64,000 nucleotides of DNA from the NCBI GenBank assembly GCA_934096945.1, contig CAKOND010000002.1, positions 45,975 through 109,974 of the forward strand, given 5' to 3'. Both the position numbers and the translations under genes were made by a program. The notes beneath the pieces are model-generated. The model saw only the letters and a program-made list of their open reading frames with translations. It ran no database searches and was not told where the DNA came from. Positions 9,286-17,334 of the stretch are shown piece by piece (positions within the stretch are counted from its first letter, which is position 1; the number at the start of each line of letters is the position of its first letter). This DNA is from an uncultured Bacilli bacterium (GTDB lineage: Bacteria; Bacillota_I; Bacilli_A; RF39; UBA660).

Positions 9286-9537
9286 TGTAATAATAAGTTT
9301 GATAGCTGTTTTTTGTTCACCATTTATTATTATGTCATTGAATGCTGGAATGACCACTAAGTTATCGCCAGTTGGAGCTACGAAGCCTCGGCAGATGGCA
9401 ATAGCTTTAATAGCTTGATTTAAAGAACCAGCTCCAACAGTTTGAATTTCAACTTCCTTTTGTTCACGATAAATGTTGGCAATGGCACCAGCTACTTTGC
9501 TTGGGTTAGATTTTGATGAAACCTTTAGAATTTCCAT
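9277..9537 (-). CDS. spoVS: stage V sporulation protein S
   Basis: MEILKVSSKSNPSKVAGAIA..IQTVGAGSLNQAIKAIAICRGF is the SpoVS signature. Start trimmed to MEIL. Confidence 0.9.
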   Translation of the reverse strand: MEILKVSSKSNPSKVAGAIANIYREQKEVEIQTVGAGSLNQAIKAIAICRGFVAPTGDNLVVIPAFNDIIINGEQKTAIKLIITNK

Positions 9538-9618
9538 TATTACCATTCCTTTCTAGTTAAATATATGGGAAAATTAATTAATTATGCATTGATTTAAGGT
9601 TGAATGTGTGATATACTT

Positions 9619-9639
9619 AAATAGTAATCATTACTATTT
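9619..9639. promoter_or_regulatory. perfect 10-1-10 palindrome, candidate Fur/PerR-family operator
   Basis: AAATAGTAAT-C-ATTACTATTT lies immediately upstream of the SD of the Fur-family gene. Confidence 0.6.
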
Positions 9640-9649
9640 AGGAGGCTTT

Positions 9650-10033
9650 ATGAAAAATACAAAGCAAAGAAAAGTGGTTTTAGATATTATAAATAATAGT
9701 GATAATCATTTAGATGCATTTGGAGTTTACAAGCTTGCTAGAATGAGCATACCTAATATTAGTTTGGGTACTGTTTATCGTAATTTGGGAAGCTTAGAAA
9801 ATGAAAGTGCTATACAAGTAATAATGGTTGATGGAGTAAAACATTATGATAAAATTATTCCACATTATCACTTTGTTTGTAAAAAATGTCTTAAAATAAT
9901 TGATGTCTTTGATTTGGAGATTCCTAGGGTTAAAGAATATAATGGAAATTTGGTTGATGATTATGAAATAGTTCTAAAGGGCATTTGTGAGGATTGCCAG
10001 AAGGAGGATAATTATGGAATTAAAAGGAAGTAG
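9650..10033 (+). CDS. Fur-family transcriptional regulator (PerR-like by context)
   Basis: Fur-type wHTH (GTVYRNL) and C-terminal CxxC...CxxC. Start at ATG 9650 after GGAGG. The 3' end overlaps the rubrerythrin gene. Confidence 0.85.
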   Translation: MKNTKQRKVVLDIINNSDNHLDAFGVYKLARMSIPNISLGTVYRNLGSLENESAIQVIMVDGVKHYDKIIPHYHFVCKKCLKIIDVFDLEIPRVKEYNGNLVDDYEIVLKGICEDCQKEDNYGIKRK

Positions 10034-10553
10034 AACTGAAGCTAATTTAATGGCAGCTTTTGCTGGGGAAAGTGAGGCTCGTAATAAGTATACTTATTAT
10101 GCATCAAAAGCTAGAAAAGATGGATATGAACAAATAGCTGCAATTTTTGAGGAAACTGCAAATAATGAAAAAGAACATGCTAAAATGTGGTTTAAAGAAT
10201 TGCATGGAGGAAGTGTACCTAGTACTCAAGAAAATTTGGAAGATGCTGCAAATGGAGAAAACTATGAATGGACAGATATGTATGCTGAATTTGCAAATGT
10301 TGCTCGTGAAGAAGGTTTTGATAGAATTGCTAATCTTTTTGAAGGTGTAGCTAAGATTGAGAAAGCTCATGAAGAAAGATATCGTAAACTTTTAAAAAAT
10401 ATTGATGAAAAACTAGTATTTAGTAAAGATGGAGAATGTATTTGGATTTGTCGTAATTGTGGTCATATTGTGGTTGGTAAAGATGCTCCGGAAGTATGCC
10501 CAATTTGTGGTCATCCAAAAAGTTTCTTTGAATTAAAAGCAGAAAATTATTAA
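10014..10553 (+). CDS. rbr: rubrerythrin
   Basis: Ferritin-like di-iron motifs ([12 protein letters not shown]) plus a C-terminal rubredoxin CRNCG...CPICG. SD GAAGGAGG. Confidence 0.9.
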   Translation: MELKGSRTEANLMAAFAGESEARNKYTYYASKARKDGYEQIAAIFEETANNEKEHAKMWFKELHGGSVPSTQENLEDAANGENYEWTDMYAEFANVAREEGFDRIANLFEGVAKIEKAHEERYRKLLKNIDEKLVFSKDGECIWICRNCGHIVVGKDAPEVCPICGHPKSFFELKAENY

Positions 10554-10599
10554 AAATACTAGCATTAATAAATAATTTGTGGTATATTAGTTTTGTAAA

Positions 10600-10797
10600 A
10601 ACGAAGAAAAAGGATAAGTAATTATTGATATTATGTAGAGAGCTCTTGGGTGGTGAAAAAGAGTTAGTGGAAATAATGAAATCTACCTTTGGAGTTGGGC
10701 ATTTGTCTCGGTTAAAAAACCGTTATTAAAATAGAGTTAAATAAAGAATGGCACCGTCAGAAAAATGACTTCTTTTGGGCTATTCTTTTTGTTTTGG
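10600..10797 (+). promoter_or_regulatory. T-box leader, serine specifier (UCU)
   Basis: Stem I AGAGAG...GGTGGTGAAA; candidate specifier TCT-A at 10682. The T-box core AATGGCACCG has UGGC matching discriminator G. A terminator stem aaagaatggc/gctattcttt plus T-run sits just before serS. Confidence 0.7.
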
Positions 10798-10807
10798 AGG
10801 GAAAAAT

Positions 10808-12097
10808 ATGATAGATATTAAATTAATAAGGGAAAATAGGGATTTGGTTAAGGAAAATATTAAGAAAAAATTTCAAGATGAAAAACTTGGACTTGTTGAT
10901 GAAGTTTACGAGTATGATAAGACATATCGTGAATGTAAGATGAAAGTTGATGAACTTAGAAGTAAAAGAAATGATTTAAGTGCATCAATTGGGAGTCTTA
11001 TGCGTGAAGGCAAAAAAGATGAAGCAGAAAAAATTAAGCTAGAAGTTGGAAACATCAATAATGAAATAGCTGAATATGAAGAAAAAGAAGAAAAGTTAGA
11101 AAAAGAAATTAGAGATAGAATGCTGGTTATTCCAAATATAATTGATGCCAGTGTGCCAATTGGAAAAGATGATAGTGAAAATGTTGAAGTTGAAAAATTT
11201 GGTGAACCAATTGTGCCAGATTATGAGATTCCTTATCATGCTGATATAATAGCTAGTGTAAATGGAATGGATAAAGAAGCTGCTGGAAGAACAAGTGGGG
11301 AAGGATTTTACTATTTAATGGGAGATATTGCTAGACTTCATGAAGCAATGCTTGCTTATGCTCGTGATTACATGATTAAAAAAGGTTTTACTTATTGTGT
11401 GCCACCATTTATGATACATGGCAGTGTCGTTACTGGTGTTATGTCATTTCCGGAAATGGAAGCTATGATGTATAAAATTGAAGGTGAGGATTTATATCTT
11501 ATTGGTACAAGCGAACATTCAATGATTGGTAAGTTCCAAGGTCAAATGCTAAAAAAAAGTGATTTACCTATCAAAATGACTTCTTATTCACCATGCTTTA
11601 GAAAAGAAGGGGGCTCTCATGGTCTTGAAGAACGTGGGCTTTATCGTGTACACCAATTTGAAAAACAAGAAATGATAGTTTTATGCGAACCAGAAGAAGC
11701 AATGGATTGGTATAATAAGATGTGGAAATATACTGTAGAAATATTTAGAAATATGGATATACCTGTTAGACAACTTGAATGTTGTAGTGGTGATTTAGCG
11801 GATTTGAAAGTTAAATCTTGCGACATTGAAGCTTGGAGCCCTAGACAACAAAAATACTTTGAGGTTGGTTCTTGTTCTAACTTGGGTGATGCACAAGCAA
11901 GAAGATTGGGTATTAGAGTTAAAGGAGAAAAAGGAAATTACTACTTAAATTCTTTGAATAATACTTGTGTTGCAACTCCGAGAGGGCTTATTGCATTAAT
12001 AGAAAATAATTATCAAAAAGATGGAAGTATAAAAGTTCCAGAAGTTTTACAACCTTATATGGGTGGTTTGGAAGTTATTGTTTCACAAAAAAAATAA
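10808..12097 (+). CDS. serS: serine--tRNA ligase
   Basis: MIDIKLIREN start after GGAGGG. N-terminal coiled-coil arm and class II motifs (RVHQFEK, GSCSN). Confidence 0.9.
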   Translation: MIDIKLIRENRDLVKENIKKKFQDEKLGLVDEVYEYDKTYRECKMKVDELRSKRNDLSASIGSLMREGKKDEAEKIKLEVGNINNEIAEYEEKEEKLEKEIRDRMLVIPNIIDASVPIGKDDSENVEVEKFGEPIVPDYEIPYHADIIASVNGMDKEAAGRTSGEGFYYLMGDIARLHEAMLAYARDYMIKKGFTYCVPPFMIHGSVVTGVMSFPEMEAMMYKIEGEDLYLIGTSEHSMIGKFQGQMLKKSDLPIKMTSYSPCFRKEGGSHGLEERGLYRVHQFEKQEMIVLCEPEEAMDWYNKMWKYTVEIFRNMDIPVRQLECCSGDLADLKVKSCDIEAWSPRQQKYFEVGSCSNLGDAQARRLGIRVKGEKGNYYLNSLNNTCVATPRGLIALIENNYQKDGSIKVPEVLQPYMGGLEVIVSQKK

Positions 12098-12118
12098 TAT
12101 AAAAAGAGGGGGATTACC

Positions 12119-12760
12119 ATGTTTTTTAGTATTGGATTTTGGTTTTCCACGGTGGTTTTTACTAAAATAGTAAGAAATAAAATTAATAAATTTATAATCA
12201 ATAATTATAAAAATTTAAGTAAAAGATTAAAAATGCAAGTTGATGAATTACTTGATCTAAATTTTTTTACAAAAGCTGGTATTATGGACTATATTCCTAT
12301 TATAAATGTTTTGAATACTTGGATTAAATTAGAATGTTTGTGTGATGAATATGAACAAGTAAAAAAAGATATTTATAGAGATTTTCCTGTGTTAGAGTTT
12401 CAAGAAAAAGTTGATAAAAATAATATAGGCAGAACTTATGATGAAGAAAAAATGTATTTTATTGGTTATTTTTGGAATAGTAGACCTATGAATATATTTT
12501 TTAAATTTAATGGTGAAGAGTTAATAATTTTAGATAAATCGTCATCAATATTTAGCACATTATCTGATGAAGAAAAAGAAGATTATTTACTTTATTTGCT
12601 TTATTCTTGGTATAATGGTGGTTATTGTTATTTAAATGGAAGTAATAATTTAAACGAAGTATTTAGTGAAAATTTAGTTAATGTATTGTACCAAAAATAT
12701 GGCGGTGTACAGATATTGTGTCAAGAAGAAACAATGATATTATCAAGAAAGCGTAAATAG
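12119..12760 (+). CDS. hypothetical protein with N-terminal TM segment
   Basis: ORF with a GAGGGGGA SD. No family recognised. Confidence 0.55.
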   Translation: MFFSIGFWFSTVVFTKIVRNKINKFIINNYKNLSKRLKMQVDELLDLNFFTKAGIMDYIPIINVLNTWIKLECLCDEYEQVKKDIYRDFPVLEFQEKVDKNNIGRTYDEEKMYFIGYFWNSRPMNIFFKFNGEELIILDKSSSIFSTLSDEEKEDYLLYLLYSWYNGGYCYLNGSNNLNEVFSENLVNVLYQKYGGVQILCQEETMILSRKRK

Positions 12761-12816
12761 TTTTCTTGATTTTTTGTATAGATGCGTAAACTCATGCATT
12801 TTAGTGGGTCACTTTT

Positions 12817-12844
12817 TGACATGTTTTGTCGAAAGTGTTGAAAT
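12817..12844 (+). promoter_or_regulatory. promoter-like module containing a Spo0A-box heptamer TGTCGAA; copy of the spoIIA-upstream module
   Basis: tgacatgttttgtcgaaagtgttgaaat matches 51888..51915 at 26 of 28 positions. TTGACA, a 17-nt spacer, then TGAAAT. Confidence 0.45.
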
Positions 12845-12872
12845 ATAAAAAATAGATGTTAAAATGATTACC

Positions 12873-12964
12873 TGAAAGCGGGTTTTGGTTAATATTTTAT
12901 TATTTTATTTGTACTTATTTACTTCCATAACTATATTCCTATTAATTAACCAAAACAGCTTTCA
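12873..12964. repeat. long inverted repeat (about 20-bp arms, about 50-nt AT-rich loop) in the miaB leader
   Basis: tgaaagcgggttttggttaat pairs with attaaccaaaacagctttca. Confidence 0.7.
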
Positions 12965-13012
12965 TTAATTTAAATATTATGGTAAAATAATGTTTTGAAG
13001 GGAAGGTGTTTT

Positions 13013-14425
13013 ATGAATTTACCAAATTTAGCTGTTGCTGCAGATAGAAAGAAAGTATTGGTTAAAGAAGAAAGATTAAATATAAATATTAAGCCAATTT
13101 ATAAAGGAAAAAAATATTTCTTAAGGACTTATGGATGTCAAATGAATGTTCATGACTCAGAAGAAATTAAATATTATTTAGAAAGTCTAGGGTATGAAGC
13201 TGTTGATGAATTAGAAAAAGCGGACATTGTTGTTCTTAATACCTGTGCCATTAGAGAAAATGCTAAAGATAAAGTGTTCGGTTATTTGGGAAGGTGCAAA
13301 CATTTAAAAAAAGAAAAACCAAATTTAATTATAGCGGTTACGGGTTGTTTGATGCAAAAACCTAATGAAATTGAAGAAATACATAATAGACATAAATATA
13401 TTGATATTGTTATTGGTACTCATAATTTAAATGAACTTCCTAATTTGATTGAGGAAGCTAATAATAAAAAAACTCAAAATATTGAAGTTTATTCTAATAG
13501 CGATGTTGTTTTTGAAAATGTAAAATATAATAGAGATTCTAAAATCAGTGCGTGGATAAATATTATTTATGGCTGTGACAAATTTTGTACCTATTGTATT
13601 GTTCCTTTTACTCGTGGTAGGGAAAGAAGTCGTAAGATGGAAGAAGTTCTTGAGGAAGTTAGCAATTTGAAAGAACAAGGTTATATGGAAGTTACTTTAC
13701 TTGGACAAAATGTTAATGCGTATGGAAAAGATTTAGATTTGGGTTATGATTTTGCAACACTTTTGGAAGAAGTAGCAAAAATAGGTATTCCAAGAATTAG
13801 ATTTGTAACTTCACATCCATGGAATTTTACAGATAAAATGATTGATGTTATTGCAAAATATGATAATATTATGCCTTATGTTCATTTGCCAATTCAATCA
13901 GGTAGCGATGATATTCTTAGAAAAATGAATAGAAAATATACAATTGATGAATATAAAAAGCTTTTTGACCAAATTAAAAACAAAGTTAAAGATGTTGCTA
14001 TTACTACAGATATTATTGTTGGTTTTCCAAATGAAACTGATGAGGATTTTAAAAAAACTTTAGATATTGTAAATTATTGTAAGTATGATGGTGCATATAC
14101 GTTTATTTTCTCACCAAGAGAAGGTACAGCGGCGGCTAGAATGGAAGATAAAGTTTCAATGGAAGTTAAGGAAAAAAGATTACAAGAACTAAATAATCTT
14201 GTTAATAAATATTCTTTAGAAAGTAATCAAAGGTTGGTTGGAAAAGTTGTTGAAGTTTTAGTAAATGGCATTAGTGAAAAAGATAATAATAAAGTTTATG
14301 GTTATACTGATACGATGAAATTAGTTAATATTGTTGGTGGAAATGAATTAATTGGTAAGATTGTGCAAGTTAAAATAACAGATGCTAAAAGTTTTAGTTT
14401 AGATGGTGAAATTAGTCAAGAATAA
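13013..14425 (+). CDS. miaB: tRNA-2-methylthio-N6-dimethylallyladenosine synthase
   Basis: UPF0004 N-domain, radical SAM CDKFCTYC and a TRAM C-domain. Start at ATG 13013 after GAAGGGAAGG. Confidence 0.9.
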   Translation: MNLPNLAVAADRKKVLVKEERLNINIKPIYKGKKYFLRTYGCQMNVHDSEEIKYYLESLGYEAVDELEKADIVVLNTCAIRENAKDKVFGYLGRCKHLKKEKPNLIIAVTGCLMQKPNEIEEIHNRHKYIDIVIGTHNLNELPNLIEEANNKKTQNIEVYSNSDVVFENVKYNRDSKISAWINIIYGCDKFCTYCIVPFTRGRERSRKMEEVLEEVSNLKEQGYMEVTLLGQNVNAYGKDLDLGYDFATLLEEVAKIGIPRIRFVTSHPWNFTDKMIDVIAKYDNIMPYVHLPIQSGSDDILRKMNRKYTIDEYKKLFDQIKNKVKDVAITTDIIVGFPNETDEDFKKTLDIVNYCKYDGAYTFIFSPREGTAAARMEDKVSMEVKEKRLQELNNLVNKYSLESNQRLVGKVVEVLVNGISEKDNNKVYGYTDTMKLVNIVGGNELIGKIVQVKITDAKSFSLDGEISQE

Positions 14426-14480
14426 ATTACTTGACTTTTTTTGTTTTACTTTTAATCAAAAGGGACGAGCAACCATAAAA

Positions 14481-14500
14481 AAAAGTCCATAAGGACTTTT
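14481..14500. terminator. bidirectional rho-independent terminator (miaB / tRNA operon)
   Basis: aaaagtcc-ataa-ggactttt with T-runs on both strands. Confidence 0.7.
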
Positions 14501-14510
14501 GATTTTTAAA

Positions 14511-14586
14511 TGGTGGCTCGTCTGGGATTCGAACCCAGGACCCTTTGATTAAAAGTCAAATGCTCTACCTACTGAGCTAACGAACC
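14511..14586 (-). tRNA. tRNA-Lys(UUU)
   Basis: Cloverleaf folded by hand. Anticodon loop CTTTTAA; encoded CCA. Confidence 0.9.
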
Positions 14587-14604
14587 AAAAACAAAAATAT
14601 AAAA

Positions 14605-14680
14605 TGGCTGCCTCGGCAGGATTCGAACCGGCGGAATGTCAGAGTCAAAGTCTGATGCCTTACCACTTGGCTACGAGGCA
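14605..14680 (-). tRNA. tRNA-Gln(UUG)
   Basis: Anticodon loop CTTTGAC, U1-A72 pair, CCA encoded. There is one C-U mismatch in the T stem. Confidence 0.85.
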
Positions 14681-14691
14681 ATTTTAATAAA

Positions 14692-14775
14692 TGGTGGGGA
14701 GACATAGATTTGAACTATGGAACCCGAAGGAACAGATTTACAGTCTGCCGCGTTTGACCACTTCGCTATCTCCCC
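14692..14775 (-). tRNA. tRNA-Tyr(GUA)
   Basis: Anticodon loop CTGTAAA, long variable arm, CCA encoded. Confidence 0.9.
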
Positions 14776-14782
14776 AAAAAAA

Positions 14783-15099
14783 TGGTGCCGACAGAGAGAG
14801 TCGAACTCCCAACCTACTGATTCATACTACTATAGTTTTCACTACCACATATGTGTTTGTAGTCTGGACTTTCTCTTAACCATATTCGTTAAAGAACTTA
14901 GGCTCATCGTATAAAGTCTCTACACTTGGTTATACAACCTAGCTCGGGATTGTCATATAATAATATTTATTATGAAGAGTTCCCCGAATTAGCGATGTCC
15001 ACCTTAATTGTTTCCAACTAAGGGTGCAAGATAGTTCAAAAAAGTATATATTACTTCTATCCCACAAGTCAGTTGCGCTGCCAGTTACGCTATGTCGGC
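14783..15099 (-). tRNA. tRNA-Thr(UGU) interrupted by a group I intron after anticodon position 36
   Basis: The 5' exon is 15064..15099 (GCCGACATAGCGTAACTGGCAGCGCAACTGACTTGT) and the 3' exon is 14783..14822 (AATCAGTAGGTTGGGAGTTCGACTCTCTCTGTCGGCACCA). Joined, they give a 76-nt cloverleaf closely resembling Firmicute tRNA-Thr(UGU). Confidence 0.85.
14823..15063 (-). ncRNA. group I intron (241 nt, IC3-like, no ORF)
   Basis: The 5' exon ends in U, paired as a U-G wobble to an internal guide GCA. Helices: P2 CCUUAGUUG-GAAA-CAAUUAAGG, P3 CAUCG/CGAUG, P4 UCGGG/CCCGA, P6 GGUU-GUAU-AACC, P7 GACUUU/AAAGUC. The GUGUAGAGACU element resembles the Azoarcus tRNA-Ile intron. The intron ends in G. Confidence 0.8.
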
Positions 15100-15114
15100 A
15101 AAATATAAATAAAA

Positions 15115-15191
15115 TGGTGGGCGCTATAGGACTCGAACCTATGACATCCTGCTTGTAAGGCAGACACTCTAACCAACTGAGTTAAGCGCCC
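15115..15191 (-). tRNA. tRNA-Val(UAC)
   Basis: Anticodon loop CTTACAA; CCA encoded. Confidence 0.9.
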
Positions 15192-15351
15192 ATGTCTCGA
15201 TGACAATTAAGATTATACCAGAAGGCAGACGCAAATGCAAGTAATTTTTACAAATTTTATCTATTTTTTTAATAATTCTTATTATATTGGCATATTTTAA
15301 ATAATTTTTTTGTAAATTATTCGTAATCTTATGTATTTTTTTTGTATATTT

Positions 15352-15447
15352 TTTGAAAATAAAAAGAAGAAAGTTGTCGTACTCCTTCTTTGTGGATAGA
15401 ATCCACTTTCTCCAATTAATGCTTGGTAAAGGAATTATTTCCTTTAC
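15352..15447 (-). ncRNA. candidate small RNA (about 95 nt) between the two tRNA clusters
   Basis: On the minus strand an extended -10 TGTTAAAAT (15455..15463) lies 7-8 nt upstream. Three hairpins follow (gtaaaggaa/ttcctttac, gtggat/atccac, agaag/cttct), then a T-run. Confidence 0.35.
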
Positions 15448-15603
15448 ATATACTATTTTAACATATTTGAAAAAAAATACTAGTCTTTTTTTGAATATTT
15501 GTAAAATAATTTTTGTTTTACTTTAGATTTTGTAGTTTTATGCTTTTAGCTGCCAATTTTTTTGTTTTTTTTAAATAGTTTCTTTAAGGACTAGGGGTTG
15601 CAT

Positions 15604-15636
15604 GAAAAAAACTAGGTTATCCTAGTTTTTTGTTTC
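15604..15636 (-). terminator. terminator after tRNA-Pro
   Basis: aaaaactagg-ttat-cctagttttt with a T-run on the minus strand. Confidence 0.65.
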
Positions 15637-15641
15637 AAATC

Positions 15642-15718
15642 TGGTCGAGAAGACAGGATTTGAACCTGCAACCCCTAGGTCCCAAACCTAGTGCACTACC
15701 AAATTGTGCTACTTCTCG
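15642..15718 (-). tRNA. tRNA-Pro(UGG)
   Basis: Anticodon loop TTTGGGA; CCA encoded. Confidence 0.9.
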
Positions 15719-15737
15719 AAAATATTTATAAAAAAAT

Positions 15738-15814
15738 TGGTACGCCCAAAGGGATTCGAACCCCCAACCTTTAGATCCGTAGTCTAACGCTCTATCCAGT
15801 TGAGCTATGGGCGC
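15738..15814 (-). tRNA. tRNA-Arg(ACG)
   Basis: Anticodon loop CTACGGA; CCA encoded. Confidence 0.9.
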
Positions 15815-16027
15815 GTATTCTTCTAGTGCATTTACATTATATTACAATAATTCTATTAAAGTCAATATTTTATGCCAATTTTTTTCTTATTTTTGTCTTT
15901 TTAAATGTTTTTCTTTATATTTTTTCTTTTAAATTTAAATTTTTTCATAAAAAAACAATAAAATTTGCAAAAAAATAAACAAATTCGATGCTCGTGACAA
16001 AAAACAGCAAATTTCGCGTTTTCGAAG

Positions 16028-16036
16028 TGCTATAAT
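16028..16036 (+). promoter_or_regulatory. extended -10 TGCTATAAT only 8 nt upstream of the endonuclease ATG (leaderless arrangement)
   Basis: gtgctataataattaactATG, with no SD in between. Confidence 0.5.
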
Positions 16037-16044
16037 AATTAACT

Positions 16045-16857
16045 ATGAAGCCAAAAATAGAAGAAAATGTAAAAAAATTATTGATTGAGTTTTATTTAAT
16101 CCAATGTAAAGGTTGGGTAAAGAGCCAAGGAAAAGGTACAAGTGCTGCTGGAACAACACTAGAGTACCTACTAGGTAAGAAGGAGGATGCAAAATCTTTA
16201 CCAGACTATTACGGAATTGAGTTAAAAACTAAACTCGCTACAAGCACATATCCAATTAGGCTATTTAGTGCTGTTCTTGATAACAGACCTAATGTGATGA
16301 ATGAGCTTTATGAAAAGTGTTCTTGGAAAAGAACTCGTAACGAAGGTGAAAGAGAATTATATGACTTTATTAATGCCACAAAATTTTCTAATACCCATCG
16401 AAAGTATGCTTTTAAATTGAATGTTGATCGCAAGAAAAAACGCGTTGATCTTCTTTTATACAATAATTGGGATAAAAAAATGGTAAATAACAATATGTCT
16501 TGGTCATTTGATGAACTTGAATTAAGGTTAACAACCAAGTTATCATGTCTAGCAATTATTCATGCGTGGAAAAAAACTTTAAAATCTACAAATTCTGAAT
16601 ATTTTAAATATACCAATATGAATTTGTATTATTTAAAATCTTTCAAAAATTTTATTGATTTACTGGAAAACGGAAAAATTGGAGTGGATCTTAAAATGTA
16701 TCCGTATTATACTGGAGAAAACCGAGGCAAACTTCGTAACCGCGAAACAACATTTGTCATAAGTGAAGAAGACATTCCATTATTATTTGATAAAATAGAT
16801 TTAAAAGTAAATGATATTGTAAAGGAAACTCCTAAAGAAGAAAATAAACAAATTTAA
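16045..16857 (+). CDS. MvaI/BcnI-family (MutH/Sau3AI-like) type II restriction endonuclease, solitary
   Basis: GTSAAGTTLEYLLGKKED..LPDYYGIELKT and C-terminal GKIGVDLKMY...RGKLRNRETTFVI parallel the BcnI motifs GQILE..GDLGEFELKG and VLVMDLC...GPHDRGPHLRI. Confidence 0.75.
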   Translation: MKPKIEENVKKLLIEFYLIQCKGWVKSQGKGTSAAGTTLEYLLGKKEDAKSLPDYYGIELKTKLATSTYPIRLFSAVLDNRPNVMNELYEKCSWKRTRNEGERELYDFINATKFSNTHRKYAFKLNVDRKKKRVDLLLYNNWDKKMVNNNMSWSFDELELRLTTKLSCLAIIHAWKKTLKSTNSEYFKYTNMNLYYLKSFKNFIDLLENGKIGVDLKMYPYYTGENRGKLRNRETTFVISEEDIPLLFDKIDLKVNDIVKETPKEENKQI

Positions 16858-16890
16858 ATATTTTCTTCTTTTTCTTTAATATAATTTATT

Positions 16891-17268
16891 ATGGGTGAAG
16901 ATTTAAGTCGTTTAAAAGATATAAAAATTGAAAATTATATTTGGATAATTTACATAGGTATTATTATTTTAAGTTGGTATGCAAACTGCAAAGAAACAGA
17001 CTATATTATCAATAAAAGTGAAAATTCTAAAAAACAGTACCAAGCTTTAATGATTTTAATTTTTACTATTTTACTCATTATATATTATTATTTTACAATA
17101 GATTCACACGAAGATATTAAAAAATTAACTTCTTTTGACTCAAAGAAAAAAATAATTTTGCGCTATGCTTCTTTCATTGGCTCATTTTTAATTCTAATTA
17201 GTGGGATTATATTTTTAATTATAGCTATTTTAGATGATAATATTGATACAGAAATTGCATTTAATTAA
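16891..17268 (+). CDS. small membrane protein (3 TM), unknown function
   Basis: ORF with hydrophobic helices. The SD is weak. Confidence 0.5.
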   Translation: MGEDLSRLKDIKIENYIWIIYIGIIILSWYANCKETDYIINKSENSKKQYQALMILIFTILLIIYYYFTIDSHEDIKKLTSFDSKKKIILRYASFIGSFLILISGIIFLIIAILDDNIDTEIAFN

Positions 17269-17334
17269 TATTTACAACCACCCATGTTCATAGTATAATA
17301 GTTTCAATAAAAACTTAGAAGTGGGTGTACTTTT

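Noticed and set aside
10104-10370. ORFs 10104-10370 (minus strand) and 10147-10350 (plus strand) inside rubrerythrin.
   Set aside because: They are nested in alternative frames of a strongly conserved gene.
14691-14914. ORF-track entries 14691-14879 and 14717-14914 (plus strand).
   Set aside because: They overlap the antisense of tRNA-Tyr and of the tRNA-Thr exon/intron. The region is fully explained by RNA genes.
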